DNA from: Octopus vulgaris
Lineage: Eukaryota
Direction of reading: 5' to 3'
Assembly: GCA_951406725.2 (NCBI GenBank)
Contig: OX597829.1
Span: 19,344,001 to 19,408,000, forward strand
DNA length: 64,000 nucleotides
Made by a program: the position numbers and the translations under genes. Shown here one piece after another: positions 26,264-38,989 of the stretch (positions are counted from its first letter, which is position 1; each line of letters starts with the position of its first letter). The notes beneath the pieces are model-generated. The model searched no databases, was not told the origin of the DNA, and saw nothing but the letters and a program-made list of their open reading frames with translations.

Positions 26264-26765
26264 AATATATACACACAAACATGTATGTATGTATATATGT
26301 TTATATACATATAAGACTGATGAAGCTGTAAACCGGTTTTGTCAAGTTTGGATCTGCATGCTACCATTTTTAGATGAATTTATGGCAGTAAGTGAGAAAG
26401 TGGCTGAGGTAATTTGGAAAATTTACAAATCCCCAAATGAAACCTTTTAATCTTACATAAAAAAAGAAATGAAAAAAAAAAAAGGAGAAAAAGGTTTATT
26501 GTAAGATGAAGATTGTACTCCAGCTTTTTCACAGCCAAATTAATTTAGTTTGGTGTCAGTTTTTGTTTTTGTATTTTTCCCCCTTTATAATTTTTCTATC
26601 TTGCCTTTTTGTCCCCCTCCCCCACCCCCACCGCCAAATTCTGTAGTCTGTGTTATACACATGCACACTTGTACATACACACACATTTATATTCACATGT
26701 ATTTCACACACACATACACGGATGCATAAACATACACGTTCAGATACATGCACACAGACACACAC

Positions 26766-26819
<54 letters not shown>

Positions 26820-27292
26820 ATTTATATATATATATATATCTTTAAAGGGACATTGGATTATTTTTTTTTCTCCAAACATCTCAGCTGCTGCAATTCTCAG
26901 TCACCACACTTCCCGTATTTCCATCATGCCCTTCTATCATGAGGCGATACAAATACATCAATGCTGGTTCTTCACAGAAAACTAAATCCTTTTCTTTTGT
27001 TTTTGTTTTTTTTTTTTGTCTTGGAAAGAATGTGTTCATAAGAGTCACAAGTTCGGGAGAACGAAGAATTTGAATAACTAAAGTATTCTCAGTCATCAGA
27101 TATGCTTGCTTTCACAATTTAAATGTTTCTTCATGCAGTTCCTTGCTTTTTGATTTCTGGTGTATGGTGATAGTGTATTCCAATAAGAAAAATGAATATC
27201 ATCCCCAGTCCCTGACTAACCAAGCTGGTGCTAATAAGTCAATGATGACTTTTTTCATTTTTCCAGTTTTTTTACCAACCAATATGGTTTGG
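24700..27292 (-). other. UBL3: Probable UBL3 3' UTR (end point uncertain)
   Basis: Follows the stop codon. AT-rich, almost free of SINEs compared with its surroundings, with several minus-strand AATAAA (plus-strand TTTATT). The true poly(A) site cannot be fixed from sequence alone. Confidence 0.45.
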
Positions 27293-27354
27293 TCAAAGTA
27301 TAATACAACAGTTACTACATGCACTTTCTCCATTTTTATCCTTTTTCAATTGTC
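27293..27354 (-). CDS. UBL3: UBL3 terminal coding exon: (G)QLKKDKNGESACSNCCIIL*, with CaaX prenylation motif
   Basis: Acceptor ttcttgcag, in frame with the previous exon. Ends CCIIL-TGA, like the CCVIL terminus of UBL3. Confidence 0.95.
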
Positions 27355-28004
27355 CTGCAAGAACAATACAAAACAAAATTTATTATAATAATGATATATA
27401 CAGAAATGTACATATATACACATAGAAATATGTATGCACACAAAGACATGCTTTACCCTCTCTTACATACACAACTTTATGACAAGATAGGACCAAATAC
27501 AGATGGCTCTTTGGTAAGGTGTAGCACCCAAAAGTCATCTGACAGATGGTTTTAAGTGAAGCACTCTAAGTAGCATTATAATGCATGGTTTTAGAGAAAA
27601 AAAAATGTTTTTAAATCATCCACTGACTAATAGAGTCACTCACATGTTGCTGGGAAGAGTAACGCCTGTGAGATCAATGGCCAAGGGCACACTTATGTTT
27701 TCAAAGTGTATCATTGCTAGCATTTATAGCCCAAGCAGCCAAGTATATTATTTGCCAATGTTAAACCCTAGTAAAGTTGACTGAGTGTTGTTTTAATGCC
27801 ACAGAATTTTTATTAACTTCTAATTTCCAGCAGGTTAGGGAGGGAGGAAGGGAAAGAAAGAAATAGAGTAAACAGATCCCTTTGAGCATCAGTTTCATAA
27901 CCAACATGTTCAAAAAACAGCAATGAAACTAAAAGTCTGCATCAAAATGAATATCTCTTGAAAACGACATTTCTTAAATTATGTTTTAAATATTCTTACT
28001 ACTG

Positions 28005-28420
28005 AGGCGCAGGCGTGGCTGTGTGGAAAGAAGTTTGCTTCTCGACACACATATGTTGTGGGCTCAGTCCCTCTGTGTTCCAATTTGGGGAAAATGTTTC
28101 CTACTGTAGCACCTGGCCGACCAAAGTCTTGTGAGTGGAGTTAGTTAGATGGAAACTGAAAGAAGCCTGTAACATGTGTATTACTGTTTCCTTGCCTTCA
28201 CAGTGCATGCTACTTGTAAATGAGAGTCACTATCATGCAAATGGTGCTATTCACTTCCAGTCTTGTGTCTGGTTGTGATGAAATATTACCATGCCAGGAA
28301 ACAAGTGAGGGTTGGTGACAGGAAGGGCATCCAGCTGTAAAAAGTATCTACCTTAAAAATTTCTGACCAACCGATGTGAGTATGGAAAAGTGGACATTAA
28401 ACAGATAATGATGATGGTAT
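28005..28420 (+). mobile_element. Family-A SINE head with alternative (GAT)n-type tail
   Basis: GGCGCAGGCGTGGCTGTGTGG...GGAAACTGAAAGAAGCC...GGAAGGGCATCCAGCTGTA...CATTAAAC. Similar copies at 37065-37450 and 53200-53600. Confidence 0.7.
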
Positions 28421-28510
28421 TCCAATACATTTTATTTTTAGGCTGTAAACGTCTTTATTTTTACATAAAACCTCAATGCTGGTATGGGTTGAACAGTTTG
28501 ACCTGAGTTG

Positions 28511-29695
28511 GCAAGCTGGAGAGCTGCACCAGGTTCCAGTCTGATTTGGTTTGGTTTCTACAGCTGGATGCCCTTCCTAGTGCCAACCACTTTATAGTGT
28601 GTGCTGAGTGCTAGAGGTGGCAAGCTGGAGAGCTGCACCAGGTTCCAGTCTGATTTGGTTTGGTTTCTACAGCTGGATGCCCTTCCTAGTGCCACCCACT
28701 TTATAGTGTGTGCTGAGTGCTAGAGGTGGCAAGCTGGAGAGCTGCACCAGGTTCCAATCTGATTTGGCTTGGTTTCTACAGCTGGATGCCCTTCCTAGTG
28801 CCAACCACTTTATAGTGTCTGCTGAGTGCTAGAGGTGGGAAGCTGGAGAGCTGCACCAGGTTCCAATCTGATTTGGCTTGGTTTCTACAGCTGGATGCCC
28901 TTCCTAGTGCCAACCACTTTATAGTGTGTAGTGAGTGCTAGAGGTGGCAAGCTGGAGAGCTGCACCAGGTTCCAGTCTGATTTGGTTTGGTTTCTACAGC
29001 TGGATGCCCTTCCTAGTGCCAACCACTTTATAGTGTGTGCTGAGTGCTAGAGGTGGCAAGCTGGAGAGCTGCACCAGGTTCCAGTCTGATTTGGTTTGGT
29101 TTCTACAGCTGGATGCCCTTCCTAGTGCCACCCACTTTATAGTGTGTGCTGAGTGCTAGAGGTGGCAAGCTGGAGAGCTGCACCAGGTTCCAATCTGATT
29201 TGGCTTGGTTTCTACAGCTGGATGCCCTTCCTAGTGCCAACCACTTTATAGTGTCTGCTGAGTGCTAGAGGTGGGAAGCTGGAGAGCTGCACCAGGTTCC
29301 AATCTGATTTGGCTTGGTTTCTACAGCTGGATGCCCTTCCTAGTGCCAACCACTTTATAGTGTGTAGTGAGTGCTAGAGGTGGCAAGCTGGAGAGCTGCA
29401 CCAGGTTCCAGTCTGATTTGGTTTGGTTTCTACAGCTGGATGCCCTTCCTAGTGCCAACCACTTTATAGTGTGTGCTGAGTGCTAGAGGTGGCAAGCTGG
29501 AGAGCTGCACCAGGTTCCAGTCTGATTTGGCTTGGCTTCTACAGCTGGATGCCCTTCTTAGTGCCAACCACTTTATAGTGTGTGCAGTGCTAGAGCTGGC
29601 AAGCTGGAGAGCTGCACCAGGTTCCAGTCTGATTTGGCTTGGTTTCTACAGCTGAATGCCCTTCCTAGTCCAACCACTTTACAGTGTGATGAGTG
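28511..29695. repeat. Tandem array of 11 x 109-bp units derived from a retroposon 3' segment, inside the last UBL3 intron
   Basis: Unit starts at 28511, 28620, 28729, 28838, 28947, 29056, 29165, 29274, 29383, 29492 and 29599. Confidence 0.95.
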
Positions 29696-29923
29696 ATTTT
29701 AATGCGGCACTAGCACAACTCTTTTGCAGGATGATCCTCTTCACCAGTGAGGAGTGACCCTTAACACTTCTGGTGTGGAAGATGATCAGTAAAGGCAAAT
29801 CAACTGATTTACTTCATAATAACTATATAAATATACTTTCAAAACAACAAAGTGAATCAAAATTGATATGCCATACTAGAAGAGCCATGCTAAATCTGAG
29901 ATAAATGAAATAAAGATACATAC

Positions 29924-29998
29924 CCTGGTTATTTGGTTCAGGTAAGTTTTCTCTTGCTACTAGATGCATCACAGTCTTCCCAAGTGGGAGCTGAAGAG
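29924..29998 (-). CDS. UBL3: UBL3 coding exon: (A)LQLPLGKTVMHLVARENLPEPNNQ
   Basis: Matches UBL3 ALKLPFGKTTVMHLVARETLPEPNSQ. Acceptor ttctttgcag, donor GTATGT, 75 nt, phase 1-1. Confidence 0.96.
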
Positions 29999-30137
29999 CT
30001 GCAAAGAATAAAAACAATAATGATAATTTTTCATCAAAACATAGCATTGTTGCTTAGATGTTTCTAGAGGATTAATCACTGGTTCATTGAGTTTCAGATG
30101 GTAGGGGTGCCAAGAAAGTGCCTATATGAGTGAAAGA

Positions 30138-30189
<52 letters not shown>

Positions 30190-31599
30190 CCTCGGGCTGA
30201 CCAAAGCCTTGTGAGTGGATTTTGTACATAGATGGAAACTGAAGGAAACCCATCATATATATGTGAGAGTGACTATCGTTTGACAACCAATGTTGGTGTG
30301 TTTACGTCCCTGTAACTTAGTGGTTCGGCAGAAGAGACCGACAGAATAAATACTAGGTTTACAAAGAATAAGTCCTAGGGTAGATTTGTTCAAGTAAAGG
30401 AGGTACTCCAGCATGACTGAAACAAGAATGTGTGTGTGTAAATATATATATATATATATACAAAGAGAGAGAGGGGGGAGGTGAGGCAGGGGGAGAAATA
30501 TACATATATATGCTTGTCCTTAAAAGTTTGGCAAATAGTAATTCATTGAGTAACAAATACCTGTTTCATCAAACATGTACAAGAGCTCACTGCCTGCTGG
30601 CAAGAGTTTTCAGAAGGTCCAAAACCTCAGAGCCCAGAACCCCCACGATCAATATTGGTAAAATGAAAGGAGAGTCTAGTGAGATTGTTTAAATGCTAGT
30701 GGAGACAAGACAGCTGCATAAAAAAGTGATGATTGCTAAACAGGGACAGAATCTATAGAAGAAGGAGACCCTGGACGATGTGAGACAAGTAGTCAAAGCT
30801 GATTTTGAAATGATGAGCCTCACAAAGGACAAAACAGAAGACCCAGATGATTGGCAATTTGTCATGCTTGAGCAGAACCATTTCATCTCAGCAAAAAAAA
30901 AAAAAAGAAAGAAAAAAAAGGGTCATGTCCAAAAAAGGATACTCTGTCAATCCTAAAATCACCCTACTAGCTAAAACACTATTCATTCAAGTACTGTAAA
31001 ATGATACTGTTTATTCACCTATACTTTGTCTCTTCACTAGAGCCCCTTATTACCTCCATCCACCTCCTCCTACCTGACTCAATCATATTTCCTTCAACCC
31101 TGTCACAAAAGTGATAAGTTACTATTGATCACACCTCCACTTGAGTGCTCCATTCACTATATCCACCTCTACTCCCATCTCCAACCATGTATCGCTCTCC
31201 TCTCACACACTTGAGAACTTACCATACAACTTTTCTATTTTTTTTGTAAGTGGTTCTCAACCATTTTTGTCCAGTGGACCTTACTGATTCTTATTTTGCA
31301 TGTGTGGACCCTCAAAGCCATTCAATGTCAAAAAACTCCTATTGTATTTTTATAATTAAATATTAGGAATTGCTTTTAAAAACATTGTTAAAATATTGTA
31401 GAAGAATAGCATTCATAATTTTTAACAAGAAAATCTTATATGGACACCAGATGAGAACCTTGTAGCCTGAGTGCACACCCTGATTACCTCATTTCTCTCT
31501 TTTGCCAACTGGGGAAGCCACGTATCTCATCTTCTGCAAGACACAAGTGGTGAGGAAATGAAACAATGCATTTGACAGAAACCAGGCACACTAGATCAA

Positions 31600-33430
31600 G
31601 CTAGCTCATTATTCTGAAAGGAATTGGTACAGAGCTAGTGGTGTAGTCCACTCTAAGAATGCCACAAAGAGCTGAATCTCCTAAAAAGTAGTCAATAATC
31701 GGGTGTCTATGCATATTTGAAAGGCTCCACCATTCAATCTCTCTTTGATCCAGGTTTATTCACCTACAACAAAACAGATGAAGAGATGGGGTCTTACTAT
31801 TGCTTTGTGCAAGACACCCACTATGGCTGCCCAAGCTGAGATATTGGCCCAAGCCGAGATATTGTGATAGTTGCAGCAGGGTTTAGTATCATTGTAGGAG
31901 AGAAGTCCTTAGTGGAGGGCATTAGAGTCAGGGAACTCGGAACCACACAAGGAAATACCTTGTCTGCTGCCACAACAACCTTTTTATCACAAGTACTGCA
32001 TAGAAGAGAAAACAGAATTAGAAAGATAAAGCTTAATCTTGATGTCTTAAGACAACCTGCAAAGCCACGGAATTTAACAAATTTCATAATTGTTTGGAAT
32101 GGAACATTGCTATAATGAGTTGTTAGAGACTATTGGACAGGAGGCACTCATTCAGGACTACACAATTTTCTTTAGAAGAGACTAAGCAGAGATATGAAGC
32201 ATCTCACAGAGCAAAACAATACCAATCTAGGCAGGAAAGGGCCTAATGGTTGGAAAGGCAGTGTAGAGAAAAAGAAGATTTTCACCATAACACAACAATA
32301 GGCAATTCTGTCATAAAAAAAAAAATTTAGAAAAAAATTTCCAACCAAACAATGCAACATTAAGTATGAAGAAAGCTAACAGACTTGAAGGATATTCTGA
32401 GAAGGTAGGAAGAATACTATCAGGATGTCCAGGACTTTGCCGATTCAAACTGTAACTGTAGCAGTAACATACTGCACTGCATGCTAGAAATTCTGAAAGA
32501 GGAAGTGAGGGAAGTAATTTGGCACCAACCCAATAACAAAGCAGTAAGTGGTAATGACCTTCCTGCAGAGTTACAGACAACAAACAACATGATGACAAAA
32601 GTTCTCACCAAGCCGTGTAATAATATCTGTGAGATAGGCAAACAGCCAGCAGACTGCAGGCAAGCAGACTTAGTTGAACTACCTAAGGCTGAAGAAGACA
32701 CAGTTGAATGCTCGGAACACTGCACCATAGCAGCACAAGCAAGATGTTGCTGGAAACTCTGCCAAACTGGATGGAATGGATTACTGAAGAACAGTCCACA
32801 GAAGTGTGAATGGAGTTTCATAAAGGGGTGAGAATGGGGGACCAGGTCTTAATATCAAGAATCTCATCCAAAAAGCCAGCAAACATAATGTTCCACTGTA
32901 CACGGCATTCATAAACTATATAAACAAAAGCTTATAACTGAGTCTAGCATTCCACGACAAGAGAGTCATTACACATGATGAAGGTCTAGCAGTTAACTTA
33001 TGGCACAGACTGTACAGTGGTCAGCAAGGAGTTATTGGAATAGAATGCAAACTTAGCATCAGCAAGGGAGATCAACAAGGGTGTCATGTTTCACATGTCT
33101 GCTTTGTCCACTATTACTAAGAGATAATGAAGAGGGGTTAGCAGATGATCTTAGTTGAATCCACAAGCAGCAGCTGTATAACTTTTGTTGTTATGCTAAT
33201 GACACTGCAGATTGCTACTTTTCCAAATGAACTCCAGGAACTGATCGACAAAGTTAGCACGTTTCAACTTGAGATCAGCACCAAAGAAGACCATGGCTGA
33301 TAGCAGAAATCCAGAGCAGTTCATGACATGATGCCAGTCAGCAAGTCCAAACTACTGGGTTCCATCATTGACCAAACAGTAGACTACAGACGGGAAATTA
33401 GGTAAGACTCGATCTTACCTTGACTTCCTG
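31600..33430 (+). mobile_element. Decayed RTE-clade LINE (AP endonuclease and RT remnants)
   Basis: KAPPFNLSLIQVYSPT (AP endonuclease); EILKEEVREVI...NNKAVSGNDLPAEL...ELPK...ECSEHCTIA (RT N-terminus); many stops and frameshifts. Confidence 0.8.
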
Positions 33431-35159
33431 GCTGCAGAGTGTGTGTGTGTGTGTGAATCAAATAGCATCAGTATCCCTAATTTATATCCACTTCCCATGA
33501 TGGCATGGATTGGATAGGTTATATGGTCCAAGACATGGTAGGAGACTTTGTCTGCTCATGAAGTTTACCATGGCACCCTAACACTAAAGAAGCTGTCATG
33601 GCTTTGATAACATAGGACTAAAAAGTCCTCTCGATCCATAACCCTATGCTGAGCTAGTCACTTGACAGAATATATTGGATGGATTTTATAGTGGCATCAT
33701 CACTAGTGAAATTTCCTTGAACTTTGCAAATCAAAAAGGGATCCTCACAACTATATGTTGTATCCATTTGAGGCAAGTGGGTAAGGTGGAAAGGGAGTTC
33801 AGAAAATTAACAAAAGTAGGCGCAGAGAAAGAGTAAGAAGCAAAATTATGAGGGAGTGGGGCAGGGGACAAAGCAATCAAGTGACAGTATGGAGGGAATG
33901 ATAAATGGGAGACACTGTAAGAAAAAGAGACAGACAGTAAGAGAGGCCATAACTGCAGGGTGTAATGAAAGATAGTAAACGCAGTGGGTGGAACAAATGA
34001 TGAAACAGTTATAGAAACAGTTAGTAGAAAGAGTGTGTTAGACATATCAATAATGAGTGACACCTGGGGAAAAGGAAGTGGTGGCTAGTAATATAGAAGG
34101 GTAAAGTTAACAGGGTAAAATATATCAATAAAGGGGTGAGAGAAGGGGGAGTAGTGGAAGGTAGCACATGTTTATAGGTGAGTGGGAATGGGAGAGAGGT
34201 GGGGTGGCAGTAAAGAGTATCAGGTTCCATCAGATCTATTGCAACTTGTGTTAGGTATTGCAATGCAAGAGACACCAACGAAGATGGAGATGCCAATAAA
34301 GAATAGCAGAGGAAAAGGGGTGTAGGTTAACAGCATAAAAGGGTTATTATGTTAGCTGGTAAGAGTTATAGATGTCAGTGAAGGAGTTAACATGAGGGGG
34401 TGGGAAGGAAGCATTGACAAGCAGTATATAAGGAAAGAGATGAAAGTGTACCAGGTATTAAGAGATCTGCTGGAATCCCTCATTACTAAAAGCAGTGCAG
34501 TTTGGAAGGAGAGAGGGGCAGCAAACTACAGATGGTGGTAGAGGCAGGAGAAATTAAGTCACAGACGGTATGGTACTTTGAATAAAAAGGGATAACAGAT
34601 ATTTGAGGATATCGAGTAAGCAGTAGGGGCAGCAATGGGTGACTTAGATACAAATGTGTGAAAAGCTAAGAATTTCCTAGCCTCCATCATTCCTTGCTCT
34701 CAGTTTAATATAGGTTTTGCCAAGCACTAGCTATCTCCAGTGTTTTTTCACACAAATGCAGCACTTTGAGATCAGTGTTCACCATTTTGTTTCAAGTATT
34801 TCTCATTTTCCCTCTTCCACATGTTCAATTCATTTTGAACACTCAACACTTCCTCATACAGTTGCTATTCTCTATACCAGTATTCTTCAACCCTCTTTCT
34901 ACCTCTGGACCCCTTTGATTTCTATTTACACTACTGAACCCCCATAGACATTTGAAGTTTTTTAAAAATTCAATTATGTTTTTAGAATTAAATATCATAA
35001 GGGATTGTAAAAACGAAAAACATTAAAATATTTTGTATACAGTAGAAGTATAACTGATTCATAGCACTTAATTTTTAACAATTAAATCTTAAAGGGACCC
35101 TAAAGGGTATATGAACCCCTATTGAGGACCACTGGTGTATACTAACCACATACTGCTAT

Positions 35160-36450
35160 CAGCACAACGTTCTCTCTTTCATATCAGACTAGATTCCTCT
35201 AATATTCAGCTTTTCTGAGCTTCAATGTTTATTCACACTGATGTTTCCCTATTAGCAAAGCATGCTTGCTTGCTTCATTTTTTGTCAGGTTTTACCTGTC
35301 CACTGAATTCAGGGTCCCGAGTCTTGACTACTATGCATTATCGTACCTCATGCAAAGGAATCAATACCATCTGCCCATCACACTAAGGGGAAAGCTCTTT
35401 ATTGCCTGCTCCCCATAACTTTTTTTCCAACCCACTCTTACTCTGCTACTACACTTCTAAACATCTGCTTCCACAACTAATTAGGCCACATATGTAACGA
35501 AATATATCAACTACTTTCAGAGAGCCGTTTGGGTATTTGAGAGAATCTATTTCCTGAATGCTTTCAATGATTACAGTTCCAGTGCACCTGCTGCATATGG
35601 AATCTACCTTCTCTGTTAACTTGCAGATGATTCCCACATCTTATACACCCATTCTTTGCTAAGCACACCATATCATATTGCTACCTACTCCTTTAATGCA
35701 TATTGAGTACAAACATTTTCAAGACTATTTTACTTCCTACTTGCTAAAACTTTTGCTTTTGCTTATTTCACCTTAACGCTTTTATTACCATATTTCTGTT
35801 GAATAACATTGCATTTGCTTCAATTAATTTTGAAAATAATAAAGAATTTGATAAAATATCTTGGTCATTACTAAGCTGGTAATTGGAACTTTAAAAATTA
35901 ATGAAGAATTTTAATGGGAAACTTTCATTTAGATCACATTATATAGAAAGTTTAGATCATGGGTTGGTATCAAAAGAGTTAAGGCCGACCAATTCTAGGT
36001 TTTTGTTTTCACCTCTAAAATTACCACTCCTTACTTCTCACAGATTCTGCTATAAGAGCTAGGTCATCAGCATACAGATGTTCCCATAAACAGCTAGTTT
36101 TAAGTTGCTCTGTTCTGCTTTGGAAAAACTATAACAGACAGGAAAGGACTGTGAACTTACGTTCTGTTACTACATGCTAAAACCATTACTACTCAACTCA
36201 ATAGTAATAAGTGCACTTCTATAAAGTATCTGCACAGCTCCCAAAAGTCATTCACCTATTTCAGCTTCCTTTGTAACTCTAAGATAACACAGCAAGGCAT
36301 TCAAAGGCATTCTCAAGATCAATGAATGCTAGGGGCTTTCTCTTAGCTAAGAACTTCTCTTACAGTTGTCTCACAAAGAACATGGCATCAGAAGCACTTT
36401 TCAGCACAAAGCCAAACTGCATCTCACGCAGGCTTCAGAACCATTGGCTG
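35160..36450 (-). mobile_element. Decayed RTE-like LINE RT fragment, interrupted by a MITE at ~35760-35982
   Basis: Minus strand carries CWELLYADDL-like and SLKVVDIFRYICGLISCG segments, homologous to 53700-55310. Confidence 0.65.
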
Positions 36451-37469
36451 ATGGTTCATTTCCACTACATTAACACTGTTGGTTGATGTCTTCAACTATA
36501 GCTGAAAGTTGACCAATAACCTGTGAGTGAAATTTGATAGATACAAACTGGAAAAAGCCCTTTGTGTGTGCATGTGTATGTATGCATGTATATGTATGAG
36601 CACAACCATGACTGAGTATATATATATATACCTTGTTTTGATAAATGCAGATTATAAACAAAACAGTCCCATTTCTTAGCAATTCTTAGCAAAAGCAAAG
36701 CCAGGTTGTTTCTTGCTCAATAGACTAAAAGAATTGTCAATTTCTTTAGAAATCGATAAAAGGTTAGTGACAGGAAGAGCATCTGCTTCCAGGAAAATTT
36801 ACTTCACAGTTATCATCTGCGCAATGCATATTACACACACACACACACACACCAGAGGCACCCACTACACTCTCAGAGTGGTTGGCATTAGGAAGGGCAT
36901 CCAGCTGTAGAAACATTGCCAAATTCAGACTGGAACCTGGTGCAGTTCTCCAGCTTACCGGTTCCAGTCAAACCATCTAATCCATGCCAGCATGGAAAGC
37001 AGACATTAAATAATGGTGATGCTGATGATGTATGTATATAAAAATATATATAAATATATTTTATAGAGATGGTTATGTGGTTAAGTAGTTTGCTTCCTAA
37101 CTACATGGTTTTGGGTTTAGTCTAATGTGTAGTACCTTGGGTAAGTGGCTTCTACTACAGCCTTGGGCTGACCAAAGAATTGTGGCTGGATATGATAGAT
37201 GGAAACTGAAAGAAGCCCATTGTGTTTGTGTGTCTCTTTGTCTCATTGTTCAGGATACACGTAAACAAAAACTGCCACAAGTGGCAATATTTATTTCCAA
37301 TCTTCTGTGGAGAATTATGGAATTATGGTCTGGTTTGGAAACAGGAGAGGGCTAGTGACAGGAAGGACAACCAGCTGTAAAAAAATTTACATCAACAAAT
37401 TGTATGTAACTCATGTAAGCTCAGAGAAGTGAGTGTTAAAACAATTATGAAGAAGAGGACATATACTCT

Positions 37470-37880
37470 CTCTTTTACTCTTTTACTTGTTTCAGTCATT
37501 TTGACTGTGGCCATGCTGGAGTACCACCTTTAGTCAAGCAAATCGACCCCAGGACTTATTCTTTGTAAGCCTAGTACTTATTCTATAAGTGTCTCTTTTG
37601 CAGAACTGCTAAATTACGGAGACGTAAACACACCAGCATCAGTTGTCAAGCGATGTTGGGTGGACAAACGCACAAACATACAGACACACGCACACGCACA
37701 CACACACATATATATAGGACGGGCTTCTTTCAGTTTCCGTCTACCAAATCCACTCACAAGGCTTTGGTCAGCCCAAGGCTTTAGTAGAAAACACTTGGCC
37801 AAGGTGCCACGCAGTGGGACTGAGCCCGGAACCATGTGGTTGGTAAGCAAGCTACTTATCACACAGCCACTCCTGTGCCT
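37470..37880 (-). mobile_element. Full-length family-A SINE
   Basis: Head GGCACAGGAGTGGCTGTGTG...GGTTCCGGGCTCAGTCCC, CORE-like GCACCTTGGCCAAGTG, tail CCAGCATGGCCACAGTC...GACTGAAACAAGTAAAAGAG. Confidence 0.85.
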
Positions 37881-38309
37881 AAACAAATAAACAAGTGAAT
37901 TATATCTGTGTATATGGGGGTCATGCAGATCATGGTCAATAACTTGTTAGCATCCAGTACACAAATGGCTTGTATGGAACTCTTGAAAGAAAAATAATCG
38001 ATCAATAAAAAATATCAATCAATATATACGATTCACTTCATCCCATTTCGAAATTATTGGAATAATTTTGACAAGATGACAAGTGCTACACAACGCCAAA
38101 TTCAAAAGCAACTTGCATTGTGGGATATGCAATAAATAAACAAATGAATTATAATGGACAATTACAGTTCAATACAACATGGATTTTTGTTTTGTTTTGT
38201 TTTTTTGCTTTTGAAACTGGTCATACAAAACTGTGACAGCTATTCTTAAATGCATATTTTATAAATATATATATATATATATGTAGAATAGTTAACATGA
38301 ATGGTGTTT

Positions 38310-38570
38310 AAAATTTACAATAGCTGTTCTGGTAGAATTTTATTTAATATATTCTTAAAAGATTACATCATAATATACAACTCACCATCATCAGGTAAAA
38401 TTAGGTAAAGTGGATATAGCCATCATTTGTCGGACTGAACTAGGCCAACAAATCATAGCTAAATCCAAGTTGACTGTTTAAAATTTTATCTGATGATGGT
38501 GGAATGTCTATTATGATGTAATTTTTTGCAACTATATTACATAAATTCTACTGAAATGCCAGTATTTGTA
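38310..38570. repeat. Long imperfect fold-back containing two inverted hammerhead-like relics
   Basis: CACCATCATCAGGTAAAATT (38383-38402) against AATTTTATCTGATGATGGTG (38482-38501); pairing continues inward and outward. Confidence 0.7.
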
Positions 38571-38989
38571 TTCACTGTTTTATGCTTATGCTGCCCTGAT
38601 GCTCTGCTGGCGAGTCAGATCAGTGGTTACAAATTGGATTTGGTACTTGCATATCAACAGTATCCCACCAGCACTTGAAGTCTACAATATTGTTTTATTT
38701 CACTGAGAGCTCTCTGTGATCATACCTAGCCATTTTCTAGCATCTTACATGTTGATGTGCCTTGATTCTTAAGGAATTCATATAACCAAATATCACAACT
38801 GTCCAATGAATGGAAACATGAAACTGAGTAACAATCTTGTGAAAATTTTACAGCTTTAATAAAAGCATATTACTCTACCTTTTTGGTATTTGAGTACTAT
38901 TTTCCCACTTTGTTTTGCACTTACATGCTCACCTCTGTGCATGTGTGTGTATATAGATACATACATAAACACAACCATATTTATATTTA

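Noticed and set aside
28511-29695. Possible CRISPR-like array
   Set aside because: Units are contiguous near-identical 109-mers with no unique spacers, in a eukaryotic context with no cas genes.
29936-29950. Strong plus-strand donor-like CAGGTAAGT
   Set aside because: It is the antisense of UBL3 codons N-L-P-E; I found no matching plus-strand exon.
33760-34680. Long purine-rich tract (similar at 43050-43380 and 45580-45900)
   Set aside because: Low-complexity decayed sequence next to retroposon ends; no periodicity or coding signal that I can support.
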